A DNA stretch of 64,000 nt from Desulfobacterales bacterium (GTDB lineage: Bacteria; Desulfobacterota; Desulfobacteria; Desulfobacterales; UBA11574). The notes beneath the pieces are model-generated. The model had not been told where the DNA came from, made no database searches, and saw only the letters and a program-made list of their open reading frames with translations. Location: assembly GCA_035529735.1 (NCBI GenBank), contig DATKWE010000023.1:332-64331 (forward strand), in the 5' to 3' direction. Shown in pieces: positions 1-7,802 of this stretch (the stretch's first letter is position 1; every line of letters begins with the position of its first letter). A program made the translations under genes and the position numbers.

Positions 1-813
1 GGTGATAAGCCCGGCACCGATGATGGCACCCCAGATGTTATACATCCCGCCCAGAGCAATCATGATCAAAAGCTTGATTGAAAAGAAAAGGTCAAACGTA
101 GACGGGTTGATAAAATTGAGATAATGGGCATAGATGCTCCCCGCCAAAGATGCTAGAATTGCAGAGTAGACAAATACCAGTATCTTGAATCTGGAAATGT
201 CCACGCCCATGGCATTGGCAGCCGGTTCGCTCGCATGGATGGCCCTCAAAGCGCGCCCCGTGCCGGATTGAATTAAATTGACGGTAAAGATAAACGCAGA
301 GAATACAAAACCCCACACCAGATAATAATACCTTTCAATGGAATCGAATTCAAACCCGAACAAGCTTAAACCGGGAATTCCGGACATACCGTCCGGACCG
401 CCGGTCCAGGCAGCCTCTTCATTGAAAATGATATAAACGATAACTCCAAAGGCCAGTGTTGCCATGGCTAGATAATGCCCCTTGAGTTTAAGCGACGGCG
501 CTCCCACCAGAAACGCAATCCCGCCGGTGATCAATACGGCGATGAACATGCAAAACCACGGATTGAGACCGTAGCGGGTGGTCAGAATGGCGGAAACATA
601 AGCGCCGATACCGTAAAAGGCCGCGTGACCGATGGATATCTGTCCCGCATAGCCCATCAGTAAACTCAGACCGATGGTGATCAGGCAGTAAATTCCCACA
701 AAAACCATAATATCGGTATAATGGCTTATGGCGGTAATTTGTCGAGCAAGCCATGGGAAAATGATGATACATAGCGCAAAAACGGCGATGGGAAGTTTGC
801 CGATTCGTATCAT
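1..813 (-). CDS. livM: Liv-type ABC transporter permease, LivM-like; 3' end runs off the window
   Basis: Hand translation of the minus strand from ATG at 813-811 gives MIRIGKLPIAVFALCIIIFPW...LLMGYAGQISIGHAAFYGIGAYVSAIL. The frame is open to the window edge, so it is absent from the ORF track. The ATG lies 2 nt after the livH stop. Confidence 0.85.
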   Translation of the reverse strand, partial: MIRIGKLPIAVFALCIIIFPWLARQITAISHYTDIMVFVGIYCLITIGLSLLMGYAGQISIGHAAFYGIGAYVSAILTTRYGLNPWFCMFIAVLITGGIAFLVGAPSLKLKGHYLAMATLAFGVIVYIIFNEEAAWTGGPDGMSGIPGLSLFGFEFDSIERYYYLVWGFVFSAFIFTVNLIQSGTGRALRAIHASEPAANAMGVDISRFKILVFVYSAILASLAGSIYAHYLNFINPSTFDLFFSIKLLIMIALGGMYNIWGAIIGAGLIT

Positions 814-815
814 GA

Positions 816-1718
816 CTAAAACCTCTTGATCCTGCTGATCTCTATGCTGCCCAAAATTCCACTGGGTTTAAAAAACAACACAACTAAAAGTACAATCAAT
901 GCAAAGGCATCTTTGTACCCGGAAGAAATAAGCCCGGCGCCGAACGATTCGATGGCGCCGATAATTAAACCGCCTAAAATAGCGCCCGGAAAGCTGCCCA
1001 GTCCGCCCAAAACGGCGGCGCCGAATCCCTTCACCGCCAGCATGGCTCCCCGGTCGTATTCCATCAGAGAAATGGGTGTCACCGTAATGCCGGCCACCGC
1101 TCCGATCGCAGCGGACAGCGCAAAGGACAACAATATCATCTGCTTGACATTGATCCCGACCAGGCTGGCTGCATCGGGATTGTCCGCACAGGCACTCATT
1201 GCCTTTCCGATAATGGTTCGATTAAAGAAGATGGACAGAATAATAACAATGACGATTAAAAATCCGATCACCCATAAATACTGAGGTTGAATCACGGCGC
1301 CGAAAACAGAGATGGGACTCCGTCCGGAAAACGCAGAGAGATCATAAGGATCCTTGCCCCAGATGAACATGGCCGTTCCCTTGAGCAGAATGGACGCGGC
1401 AATCGTTGCAATAATCAGGGTGAGTACCGTGGGCTGCCGGATCGGGTTGATGGCCAATCTGTCCAGAAGTATCCCCACTAAGGTAACGAGGATAACCGTT
1501 GCCGGAAATGCCAGAATCAGGGGAAGCCCGACGGTAACGTGAAAAAAGACCATGATCAACCCGCCCAGCATCACAAATTCGCCCTGGGCAAAATTGATGA
1601 TCTCGGTCACATTATAGATAATATTAAACCCGACGGCCACCATGGCATAAATACTGCCGACGGTCAGCCCCGTGATCAAATATTGAAAAAGCTGTCCTGC
1701 GAGGGTAATTTTTTCCAT
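816..1718 (-). CDS. livH: Liv-type ABC transporter permease, LivH-like
   Basis: 300-aa polytopic membrane ORF (GLTVGSIYAMVAVGFNIIYN, FAQGEF) immediately upstream of livM. Confidence 0.9.
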   Translation of the reverse strand: MEKITLAGQLFQYLITGLTVGSIYAMVAVGFNIIYNVTEIINFAQGEFVMLGGLIMVFFHVTVGLPLILAFPATVILVTLVGILLDRLAINPIRQPTVLTLIIATIAASILLKGTAMFIWGKDPYDLSAFSGRSPISVFGAVIQPQYLWVIGFLIVIVIILSIFFNRTIIGKAMSACADNPDAASLVGINVKQMILLSFALSAAIGAVAGITVTPISLMEYDRGAMLAVKGFGAAVLGGLGSFPGAILGGLIIGAIESFGAGLISSGYKDAFALIVLLVVLFFKPSGILGSIEISRIKRF

Positions 1719-1729
1719 TGTATTTCATT

Positions 1730-1770
1730 AAACGAAGCTCCCCACAGCTTGCTGCGGGGAGCTTCGTTTT
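1730..1770 (-). promoter_or_regulatory. Strong intercistronic hairpin between the SBP gene and livH
   Basis: AAACGAAGCTCCCC (1730-1743) pairs perfectly with GGGGAGCTTCGTTT (1756-1769). In the minus-strand RNA the stem extends through the loop with one G-U. Confidence 0.6.
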
Positions 1771-1807
1771 ATCTAACGTCACGGGCAAACGAATCTGTTC
1801 GCTGGAA

Positions 1808-2980
1808 TCAGTCTGCCAATGCCCAGTCTCCATCTTTTACAACGACCATATTAAAGGCATCTTTCGTAAGGCCGTTATGGTCGTCGGCAGAGTAGTTAAA
1901 AATACCATGCTGCCCCACAAAGCCCTTAATATGATTTTCAAGATAGCTTTGAATCTTTGCCTTGTCGTCACCAACATTCTCAAGCGCTTTTACCACCATG
2001 TTCAGAGCATCCCATGCATGACCGCCGAATGAGGACAACGGTTCGTTGTATTTGGCCATATAATTTTTATTATAGGCCATGGTCACGGCTTTTTGAGGAT
2101 CGTTCTCCGGAAGAAGTTCGGCAATGTTACATGAACCCAGAGGACAGAAAACACCTTCCGCCGCACCGGCAGCCAACTCGATGTTCTTCCGACTGCCAAA
2201 CCCATGGCTTTGATAAAACGGAATGCTGACCATTCCCAGATCTCTATAGTTGCGAAGCACCACTACCTGAGTCGGACCCACAGACCAGTTGATAATGGCC
2301 TGGGGTGCCGTACCCTTGATCTTGGTCAACTGGGCGGTCAAATCGCTATCTTTCCCTCCATACTTTTCATCTGCAACGATGGTCATCTCATACGTGGGTG
2401 CAAGCCTGATGAGCTCACTGCGTCCGCTGGCGCCAAATCCGGAGGTGACACTGATAATGGCGATTTTGCTGATACCGTGTTTTTTCATATGCGTGTAAAT
2501 CGCCTCTGCCGCCATGGTATCTGTCTGGGGGGTCTTAAAAACCCACTTATACGGTTTACCCGTCTTTTCATCATGGACAATCTTGTAACTGGCAGCACAC
2601 GAGACAAGCGGTACTTCGTACTTCTCGGCAACAGGAACGATCGCCATAGTTGTCCCGCTTCCAGAGGGGCCTATCACCGCACAGACCTTATCCTGGGTAA
2701 TAAGTTTTTTGAAGGCCAGGTTTGTTTTAGTCGCATCTCCTTCAGTATCATAAACAATCAGTTCCAGTTTATTTCCGTTAATGCCGCCGGCATTGTTGAT
2801 CTGCTCTACCATCATTTCAGCAGTCTTTTTTTCAGGGTCTCCTAAAAAGGACCATTTGCCGGTAACGGAAAAAAGGGCACCCACTTTGTAGGCTCCTTTA
2901 AAGGCCAGTGCCGGACCGGCAAGCAGTCCAATGGCGAAAAGACAAATCGTGGACAGAACAGCAATTTTTCTGAATGTCAT
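1808..2980 (-). CDS. Periplasmic substrate-binding protein of a Liv-type ABC transporter
   Basis: 390 aa with an N-terminal signal peptide (AIGLLAGPALA) and a LivK/Peripla_BP_6-like sequence. SD GGAGAGGA precedes the ATG. Confidence 0.9.
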   Translation of the reverse strand: MTFRKIAVLSTICLFAIGLLAGPALAFKGAYKVGALFSVTGKWSFLGDPEKKTAEMMVEQINNAGGINGNKLELIVYDTEGDATKTNLAFKKLITQDKVCAVIGPSGSGTTMAIVPVAEKYEVPLVSCAASYKIVHDEKTGKPYKWVFKTPQTDTMAAEAIYTHMKKHGISKIAIISVTSGFGASGRSELIRLAPTYEMTIVADEKYGGKDSDLTAQLTKIKGTAPQAIINWSVGPTQVVVLRNYRDLGMVSIPFYQSHGFGSRKNIELAAGAAEGVFCPLGSCNIAELLPENDPQKAVTMAYNKNYMAKYNEPLSSFGGHAWDALNMVVKALENVGDDKAKIQSYLENHIKGFVGQHGIFNYSADDHNGLTKDAFNMVVVKDGDWALAD

Positions 2981-3072
2981 TTTCCTCTCCTTTTGATTTT
3001 AACGTTAATAAAAGTCTCTTCCAACCCCAAGTTTATAGCGATATCGTCTTGCAACCGCAGATCTTCGAGCAT

Positions 3073-3504
3073 CTACATTGTATATACCTTATTTCCGTCA
3101 ATGACCGTTACCTTGTGTTCTTCGAGTATTTTAACAGCGTCAGCAATGTTGTCGATTCGGAAAATCATGACCGCATTTTTTCCGCTGTGCTGAACAAAGG
3201 CATACATGTATTCCACATTGATTTCGGCTTTGTGCAAAATATCCAATATCCTGTGAAGGCCCCCGGGCCTGTCTTCTACTTCTACAGCCACAACATCGGT
3301 TTTGCCTACGGTAAACCCATGATTTTTAAGCGCCTCCACCGCTTTTATATTATCATCTACGATCAGACGAAGTACGCCGAAATCAGATGTGTCTGCAACG
3401 GCTAGCGCCCGGATATTTACACCGGCTTCTGCAAGAATGGCTGTAACTTCGGCCAAACGTCCCGACTTGTTTTCCAAAAAGACTGAAATTTGTTCCGCCC
3501 GCAT
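3073..3504 (-). CDS. ACT-domain protein (tandem ACT), the usual partner of PaaK-type ligases
   Basis: 143 aa; [34 protein letters not shown] is an ACT signature, repeated in the second half. SD AAGGAGG. Confidence 0.85.
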   Translation of the reverse strand: MRAEQISVFLENKSGRLAEVTAILAEAGVNIRALAVADTSDFGVLRLIVDDNIKAVEALKNHGFTVGKTDVVAVEVEDRPGGLHRILDILHKAEINVEYMYAFVQHSGKNAVMIFRIDNIADAVKILEEHKVTVIDGNKVYTM

Positions 3505-3523
3505 ATCTGTCCTCCTTATTATT

Positions 3524-3634
3524 GTGTCATCGGTCGTTGGTCATTGGTCATTGGTCTGCCCTTTGACACCTGCCTTCTGATCTTCTGATCTTCTGTCCTC
3601 TGCCCCCTGACCTCTGATCCCTGACCCGTGTCAT
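3524..3634. repeat. Short-period tandem repeats filling the ACT-paaK spacer
   Basis: GGTCATT occurs twice, with degenerate copies. CTTCTGAT occurs twice and decays into CTTCTGTC/CTCTGCCC/CCTGACCT/CTGATCC/CTGACCC. The block is bounded by direct GTGTCAT at 3524 and 3628. Confidence 0.8.
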
Positions 3635-4936
3635 TTATATCTTGCGATTGTCGATCACCCGGACAGCCTTGCCCTCGCTACGGGCAATGGTCTTGGGTTC
3701 CACCAGTTTCACTCTGGCTGAAACACCGAGATAATCTTTTATATTTTTTGCAATCGTCCTTTCCCGATTCTGTAGATGTTTGACTTCATCGGAAAAGATG
3801 CCTTCACCGACTTCCAGCAACACGGTCATCGTGTCCAGATTGTCCTCCCTGTCAACCACAAGCTGGTAATGCGGCTCAACCGCATCCATTTCCATAAGGA
3901 CGCTTTCGATCTGAGAGGGAAATACATTAACGCCCCGGATGATCAGCATGTCATCTGTACGGCCGCTCACCCGATTCATTCGGATATGCGTCCGGCCGCA
4001 TATACACGGCTCGGGATTCAGTGAGGTTATGTCCCGCGTCCGGTAACGGATAACGGGAAATGCTTCCTTGGTGATGGTGGTAAAAACAAGCTCACCGGTT
4101 TCACCGTATGGAAGAACTTCTCCGGATGCAGGGTCGATAATTTCAGGAATGAAATGATCTTCAAAGATGTGCAGTCCGCGCTTGGCTTCGTGACACTCAA
4201 TGGCAACCCCCGGGCCGATCACCTCGCTTAAGCCGTAAATATCTACGGCAATCAGATTCAATTTTCGTTCGATCTCCTCGCGCATTTTTTCCGACCAGGG
4301 TTCGGCCCCGAATATTCCATATTTAAATTTTAAATCTTTAAAAGAAACACCCATTTCTTCGGCGACTTCCGCGAGGTGAAGCGCATATGAGGGGGTTGCC
4401 GTCAATATGGTGGGACCGAAATCCTTCATGATCACAATTTGTCTCTTGGTATTTCCCCCTGAAACCGGGATAACGGAAGCACCGAGTTTTTCCGCGCCAT
4501 AGTGGATACCCAGTCCTCCGGTAAAAAGCCCGTATCCATATGCATTGTGAATGATGTCTTCACGCGTCGCGCCACCTGCGGCCAGGGATCGGGCCATGAG
4601 TTCGGCCCAGGTGTTCACATCCCTTGCGGTATACCCCACGACGGTCGGCTTGCCCGTGGTTCCGGACGAAGCATGGATCCGGACAACATTCGCCATGGGA
4701 ACGGAAAACATTCCAAAGGGATAATTATCCCTTAGATCCCCTTTTGTGGTAAACGGAATCCGCTTTAAATCTTCTATCGACCGGATGTCATTGGGCGAGA
4801 GATTGTTTTCTTCGAATTTTTTCCTGTAAAAAGGGACATTTGCATAAACACGATCAATTGTGGTTTTGAGCCGGCGCAGTATGATGGCCTCGAGATCTTC
4901 TCTTGGCATGGTTTCAAATCCGATGTCGAGAATCAT
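3635..4936 (-). CDS. paaK: Phenylacetate-CoA ligase family (aryl-acid adenylating enzyme)
   Basis: PaaK-like sequence ([39 protein letters not shown]). I moved the start to the ATG at 4936 (MILDIGFET...), which has SD AAGGAG 8 nt upstream. The track's longer ORF to 5074 runs through terminator hairpins. Confidence 0.9.
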   Translation of the reverse strand: MILDIGFETMPREDLEAIILRRLKTTIDRVYANVPFYRKKFEENNLSPNDIRSIEDLKRIPFTTKGDLRDNYPFGMFSVPMANVVRIHASSGTTGKPTVVGYTARDVNTWAELMARSLAAGGATREDIIHNAYGYGLFTGGLGIHYGAEKLGASVIPVSGGNTKRQIVIMKDFGPTILTATPSYALHLAEVAEEMGVSFKDLKFKYGIFGAEPWSEKMREEIERKLNLIAVDIYGLSEVIGPGVAIECHEAKRGLHIFEDHFIPEIIDPASGEVLPYGETGELVFTTITKEAFPVIRYRTRDITSLNPEPCICGRTHIRMNRVSGRTDDMLIIRGVNVFPSQIESVLMEMDAVEPHYQLVVDREDNLDTMTVLLEVGEGIFSDEVKHLQNRERTIAKNIKDYLGVSARVKLVEPKTIARSEGKAVRVIDNRKI

Positions 4937-5029
4937 TCCAAAACTCCTTTCAGAAAAGTTTTTATTTTTACGATAATTTTGTGGATAATACCTTAAATGC
5001 TTACAAACAGAATGACAATTAAAAATAAA

Positions 5030-5059
5030 AAAGGCCGCGGGTTTTAAACCCACAGCCTT
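5030..5059 (-). terminator. Intrinsic terminator T2
   Basis: Minus-strand RNA AAGGCUGUGGG-UUUAAAA-CCCGCGGCCUU forms 11 bp including 2 G-U and is followed by UUUUUUAUUUUU. Confidence 0.6.
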
Positions 5060-5066
5060 TAAAAAG

Positions 5067-5108
5067 AAAACCATGGGTTTTATTTTTTTTCTGTCTACCC
5101 ATGGTTTT
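5067..5108 (-). terminator. Hairpin T1 (terminator-like)
   Basis: AAAACCAUGGG pairs perfectly with CCCAUGGUUUU (11 bp, 20-nt loop) and is followed by CUUUUU. Confidence 0.5.
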
Positions 5109-5127
5109 TAAAGAACTTGGTCGTTTT

Positions 5128-5214
5128 CTACCCTGCCAGCCCATGGATAGACTTCCTAAAAAAGAAGCCACCCAAAAAACTAAAAAAACCAAAGTAGAAA
5201 AATCGAAACCGCAT
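5128..5214 (-). CDS. Candidate Phe-rich leader peptide (28 aa)
   Basis: Hand translation gives MRFRFFYFGFFSFLGGFFFRKSIHGLAG*. AAGGG lies 8 nt upstream of the ATG. The ORF is below the track's size cutoff. Confidence 0.4.
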   Translation of the reverse strand: MRFRFFYFGFFSFLGGFFFRKSIHGLAG

Positions 5215-5264
5215 TTATTAAGCCCTTAAGATTTATATTATAAATCCATATTTACTTGAAGGGT

Positions 5265-5293
5265 GCTATAATGGAATCATAAAAATATGTCAA
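5265..5293 (-). promoter_or_regulatory. Candidate sigma70-type promoter
   Basis: On the minus strand: TTGACA (5293-5288), 17-nt spacer, TATAGC (5270-5265). Confidence 0.4.
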
Positions 5294-5303
5294 GAAAAAA
5301 GAT

Positions 5304-6095
5304 TTATTCTTGTAAAGTCCCCTTGAAGTTTGCTTTCCGTTTTTCGAGAAAAGCCAATGTTCCTTCCTTTGCGTCGGGGCTCGACAGGCAGATGGCGAAA
5401 GCATCGATTTCTATTCTGCAGCCGGTCTTGAGGTCTACATCCATACCGCTGTTGATGGCCTGTTTTGCTGCACGCAGTGAAGCCTTTCCCTTTGACGCGA
5501 TGGTTGCTGCGGTCTTCATGACTTCGGCCATGAGCTCATCCTGAGGGCACACGGTATTGACCCACCCGACAGCATGGGCTTCGGCTGCAGAAATCATCTT
5601 CCCGGTGAATATCATTTCTTTGGCCATGTTCTTACCGATTAATCTGGGCAACCGCTGCGTACCGCCAAAGCCGGGAATAATGCCAAGATTAATTTCCGGC
5701 AGACCGAACATTGCGTTTTCAGCGGCGTAGATAAAATCACATCCAAGGACAATCTCACATCCGCCCCCCAGAGCAAAGCCGTTGACCGCCGCGATAACAG
5801 GTATCGGCAATTCTTGGAGTCTATTGACCAGCCCATGTCCCGTTTCGGCAAAGAGTTTAGCTTTAAGGACGTTGAATTTAAGAAATTCCGTGATATCCGC
5901 ACCGGCAACAAAAGATTTTTCTCCGGCGCCGGTAAGGACAAGGACCCGGATATCTTCGTCTGAAGCAACCGCGTCAAGGGCATTTGACAACTCTTGAAGC
6001 GATGCTTCATTCAATGCATTCAATACTTCAGGCCTGTTGAACGTAATCGTTGCAACCCCTTTTTCTACTTTAAAAATAATGTTTTTATACGCCAT
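5304..6095 (-). CDS. Enoyl-CoA hydratase/isomerase (crotonase) family
   Basis: 263 aa with the crotonase signature (VLTGAGEKSFVAGADI, GGGCEIVLGCDF). Confidence 0.9.
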   Translation of the reverse strand: MAYKNIIFKVEKGVATITFNRPEVLNALNEASLQELSNALDAVASDEDIRVLVLTGAGEKSFVAGADITEFLKFNVLKAKLFAETGHGLVNRLQELPIPVIAAVNGFALGGGCEIVLGCDFIYAAENAMFGLPEINLGIIPGFGGTQRLPRLIGKNMAKEMIFTGKMISAAEAHAVGWVNTVCPQDELMAEVMKTAATIASKGKASLRAAKQAINSGMDVDLKTGCRIEIDAFAICLSSPDAKEGTLAFLEKRKANFKGTLQE

Positions 6096-6098
6096 AGT

Positions 6099-7802
6099 TT
6101 AACCTCCGTATTTTCCCGAATCCTTTTTTGGGTTAACTTCCATGAATGCAGTGGGATTTGTTTCCCTGACATACGCCTGAATTCCTCTGACGATGGCATC
6201 GCACATTCGATCCTGATATTTTTCATTGACAAGTCTTTTGCATTCTATAGAATTGCTGATAAAAGCCGTCTCTATGAGTATGGCCGGCATCTGGGCGCCC
6301 AAAAGAACATAGAACGGCGCCTGTTTTACCCCCTTACTCTTTATCCGGTTGTAGTGCTTTCTCAAATGATGGTTCAAGGATCCCTGAACATGAACCGCCA
6401 GGCGGCTCGATTCATTGATTTTTGAGTTCTGCATGAGATCGCTTAAAATGGACTGCAGGTCGCTGATATTTTTGGTGGACGTGGCATTTTCTCTGGCAGC
6501 CACCAAGATGGCATCATTGTCTGTGGCCAGATTCAGGAAAAATGTTTCGATGCCGAAGGCCCGCCGGTCCCTGGAAGCATTGGTGTGTATCGAAATAAAA
6601 AGATCCGCATTTTTTGTATTTGCGATGGCGGTTCGCTCCTCCAACGAAAGGGTGCGATCGCTGTTGCGGGTCATGATCACCTCACAGTCCAGCTGATTGC
6701 GAATCTTATTTGCAAGGCGCCGGGCAACTTTCAGGGAAACATTTTTTTCATAAACCCCTTTCAAATAGCCTGGCGCACCATAATCCCGACCCCCATGACC
6801 CGGATCGATCACAATGCGCTTTACGCCCAGGGCAAGCTGTTTGGCCAAAGCGCCGGCGGGAATCTTATCCCCTTTTTTATCCGTTTTTACCACCGATGGA
6901 GTGGGTTTTTCAACCTCTCCCCATACATCGATGACAATCCTGAAGGGGTTCTTGAGGGAAAAAATTTTATACGTTTTAAAAGATTTGATATCGACAACCA
7001 CCCGAACCTGATTCGAGGAGAACTGTCCGGCACGCGTATCCATGAGCAGATTGTCATCGATGAGAATGTGTTTTTCGATGTCTTTTCCCAGCCTGCTGTT
7101 GTTTAAATCGACATAAAGACGTTTGGGTTTGTTGATAGATGTGTCTTTTTCAAGAAGTCTGTGGGCGTAGGACACTTCATTGTCTGCATCGATGACGACA
7201 CGGGTGTAGTTCGGATTGGACCAGTACCGCAGCCCGACAATTTGGGCGTTCCCGGCTTCAGTCTGGTTTGATTTCTTTGTATCCGGGTCTTGAGTCGAAG
7301 ATAATTTTTTTATTTCCTTTTCAATGCTGTCCGCCGGAGACCGGACATTGTTTTTTTCAGGCATGGCTTTTGTGGGTGTCGTTTTCGGGGTCTTTTTCAA
7401 GGCGTGCCGGCGTATGGCATTTTCAGCTTTTTGTCTGTATTTGCTGCTTGGATACCGGGTTATAATAAGATCATACACCTCAAAAGCGTTTTCTCTGTCA
7501 GACGTTTTGAATGATCGCCGATAAAGTTCTTCATACAGAACCCCGGCCATATAAAGTCCTACAGGGGCCCACGAACCTGAAGGGTTATGCCGGTAAACCG
7601 CTTTGAAGTTGTCGATGCAGAGCAGCCAGTTCTCCCGGTATTTCTGCTTTTTGGGGCTGTGGCGAAGTTTTTTATAGCAGGCTTCAGCCTGGTGGTATTT
7701 GTCTTTTGAAGTGGCGGCAAAGGACACCGGCTGTCCGGTTATGGAAAGTATACAGCCGATCAGGATATAGGGTAAAATTAATTTTATTCTTTCAACTAAC
7801 AA
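6099..7802 (-). CDS. N-acetylmuramoyl-L-alanine amidase (AmiC-like) with an N-terminal TPR-like/AMIN region
   Basis: The C-terminal Amidase_3 region carries IVIDPGHGGRDYGA, FISIHTNA and ETAFISN. A signal sequence is present. Confidence 0.85.
   Translation of the reverse strand: MLVERIKLILPYILIGCILSITGQPVSFAATSKDKYHQAEACYKKLRHSPKKQKYRENWLLCIDNFKAVYRHNPSGSWAPVGLYMAGVLYEELYRRSFKTSDRENAFEVYDLIITRYPSSKYRQKAENAIRRHALKKTPKTTPTKAMPEKNNVRSPADSIEKEIKKLSSTQDPDTKKSNQTEAGNAQIVGLRYWSNPNYTRVVIDADNEVSYAHRLLEKDTSINKPKRLYVDLNNSRLGKDIEKHILIDDNLLMDTRAGQFSSNQVRVVVDIKSFKTYKIFSLKNPFRIVIDVWGEVEKPTPSVVKTDKKGDKIPAGALAKQLALGVKRIVIDPGHGGRDYGAPGYLKGVYEKNVSLKVARRLANKIRNQLDCEVIMTRNSDRTLSLEERTAIANTKNADLFISIHTNASRDRRAFGIETFFLNLATDNDAILVAARENATSTKNISDLQSILSDLMQNSKINESSRLAVHVQGSLNHHLRKHYNRIKSKGVKQAPFYVLLGAQMPAILIETAFISNSIECKRLVNEKYQDRMCDAIVRGIQAYVRETNPTAFMEVNPKKDSGKYGG

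Noticed and set aside
3595-3634. G-quadruplex on the mRNA strand of the paaK-ACT spacer.
   Set aside because: Only three closely spaced G3+ tracts are present. The fourth is about 40 nt away, so no canonical G4 can be claimed.
4937-5074. N-terminal 46 codons of the track's 479-aa paaK ORF.
   Set aside because: The extension runs through two terminator hairpins and has no SD. The internal ATG at 4936 has AAGGAG at the proper spacing and matches the usual PaaK N-terminus.
5263-5271. Plus-strand extended -10 promoter TGCTATAAT.
   Set aside because: It is the reverse-strand image of the minus-strand TATAGC box. It has no -35 and would only drive antisense transcription into the hydratase gene. 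An antisense promoter cannot be excluded, but nothing else supports one.
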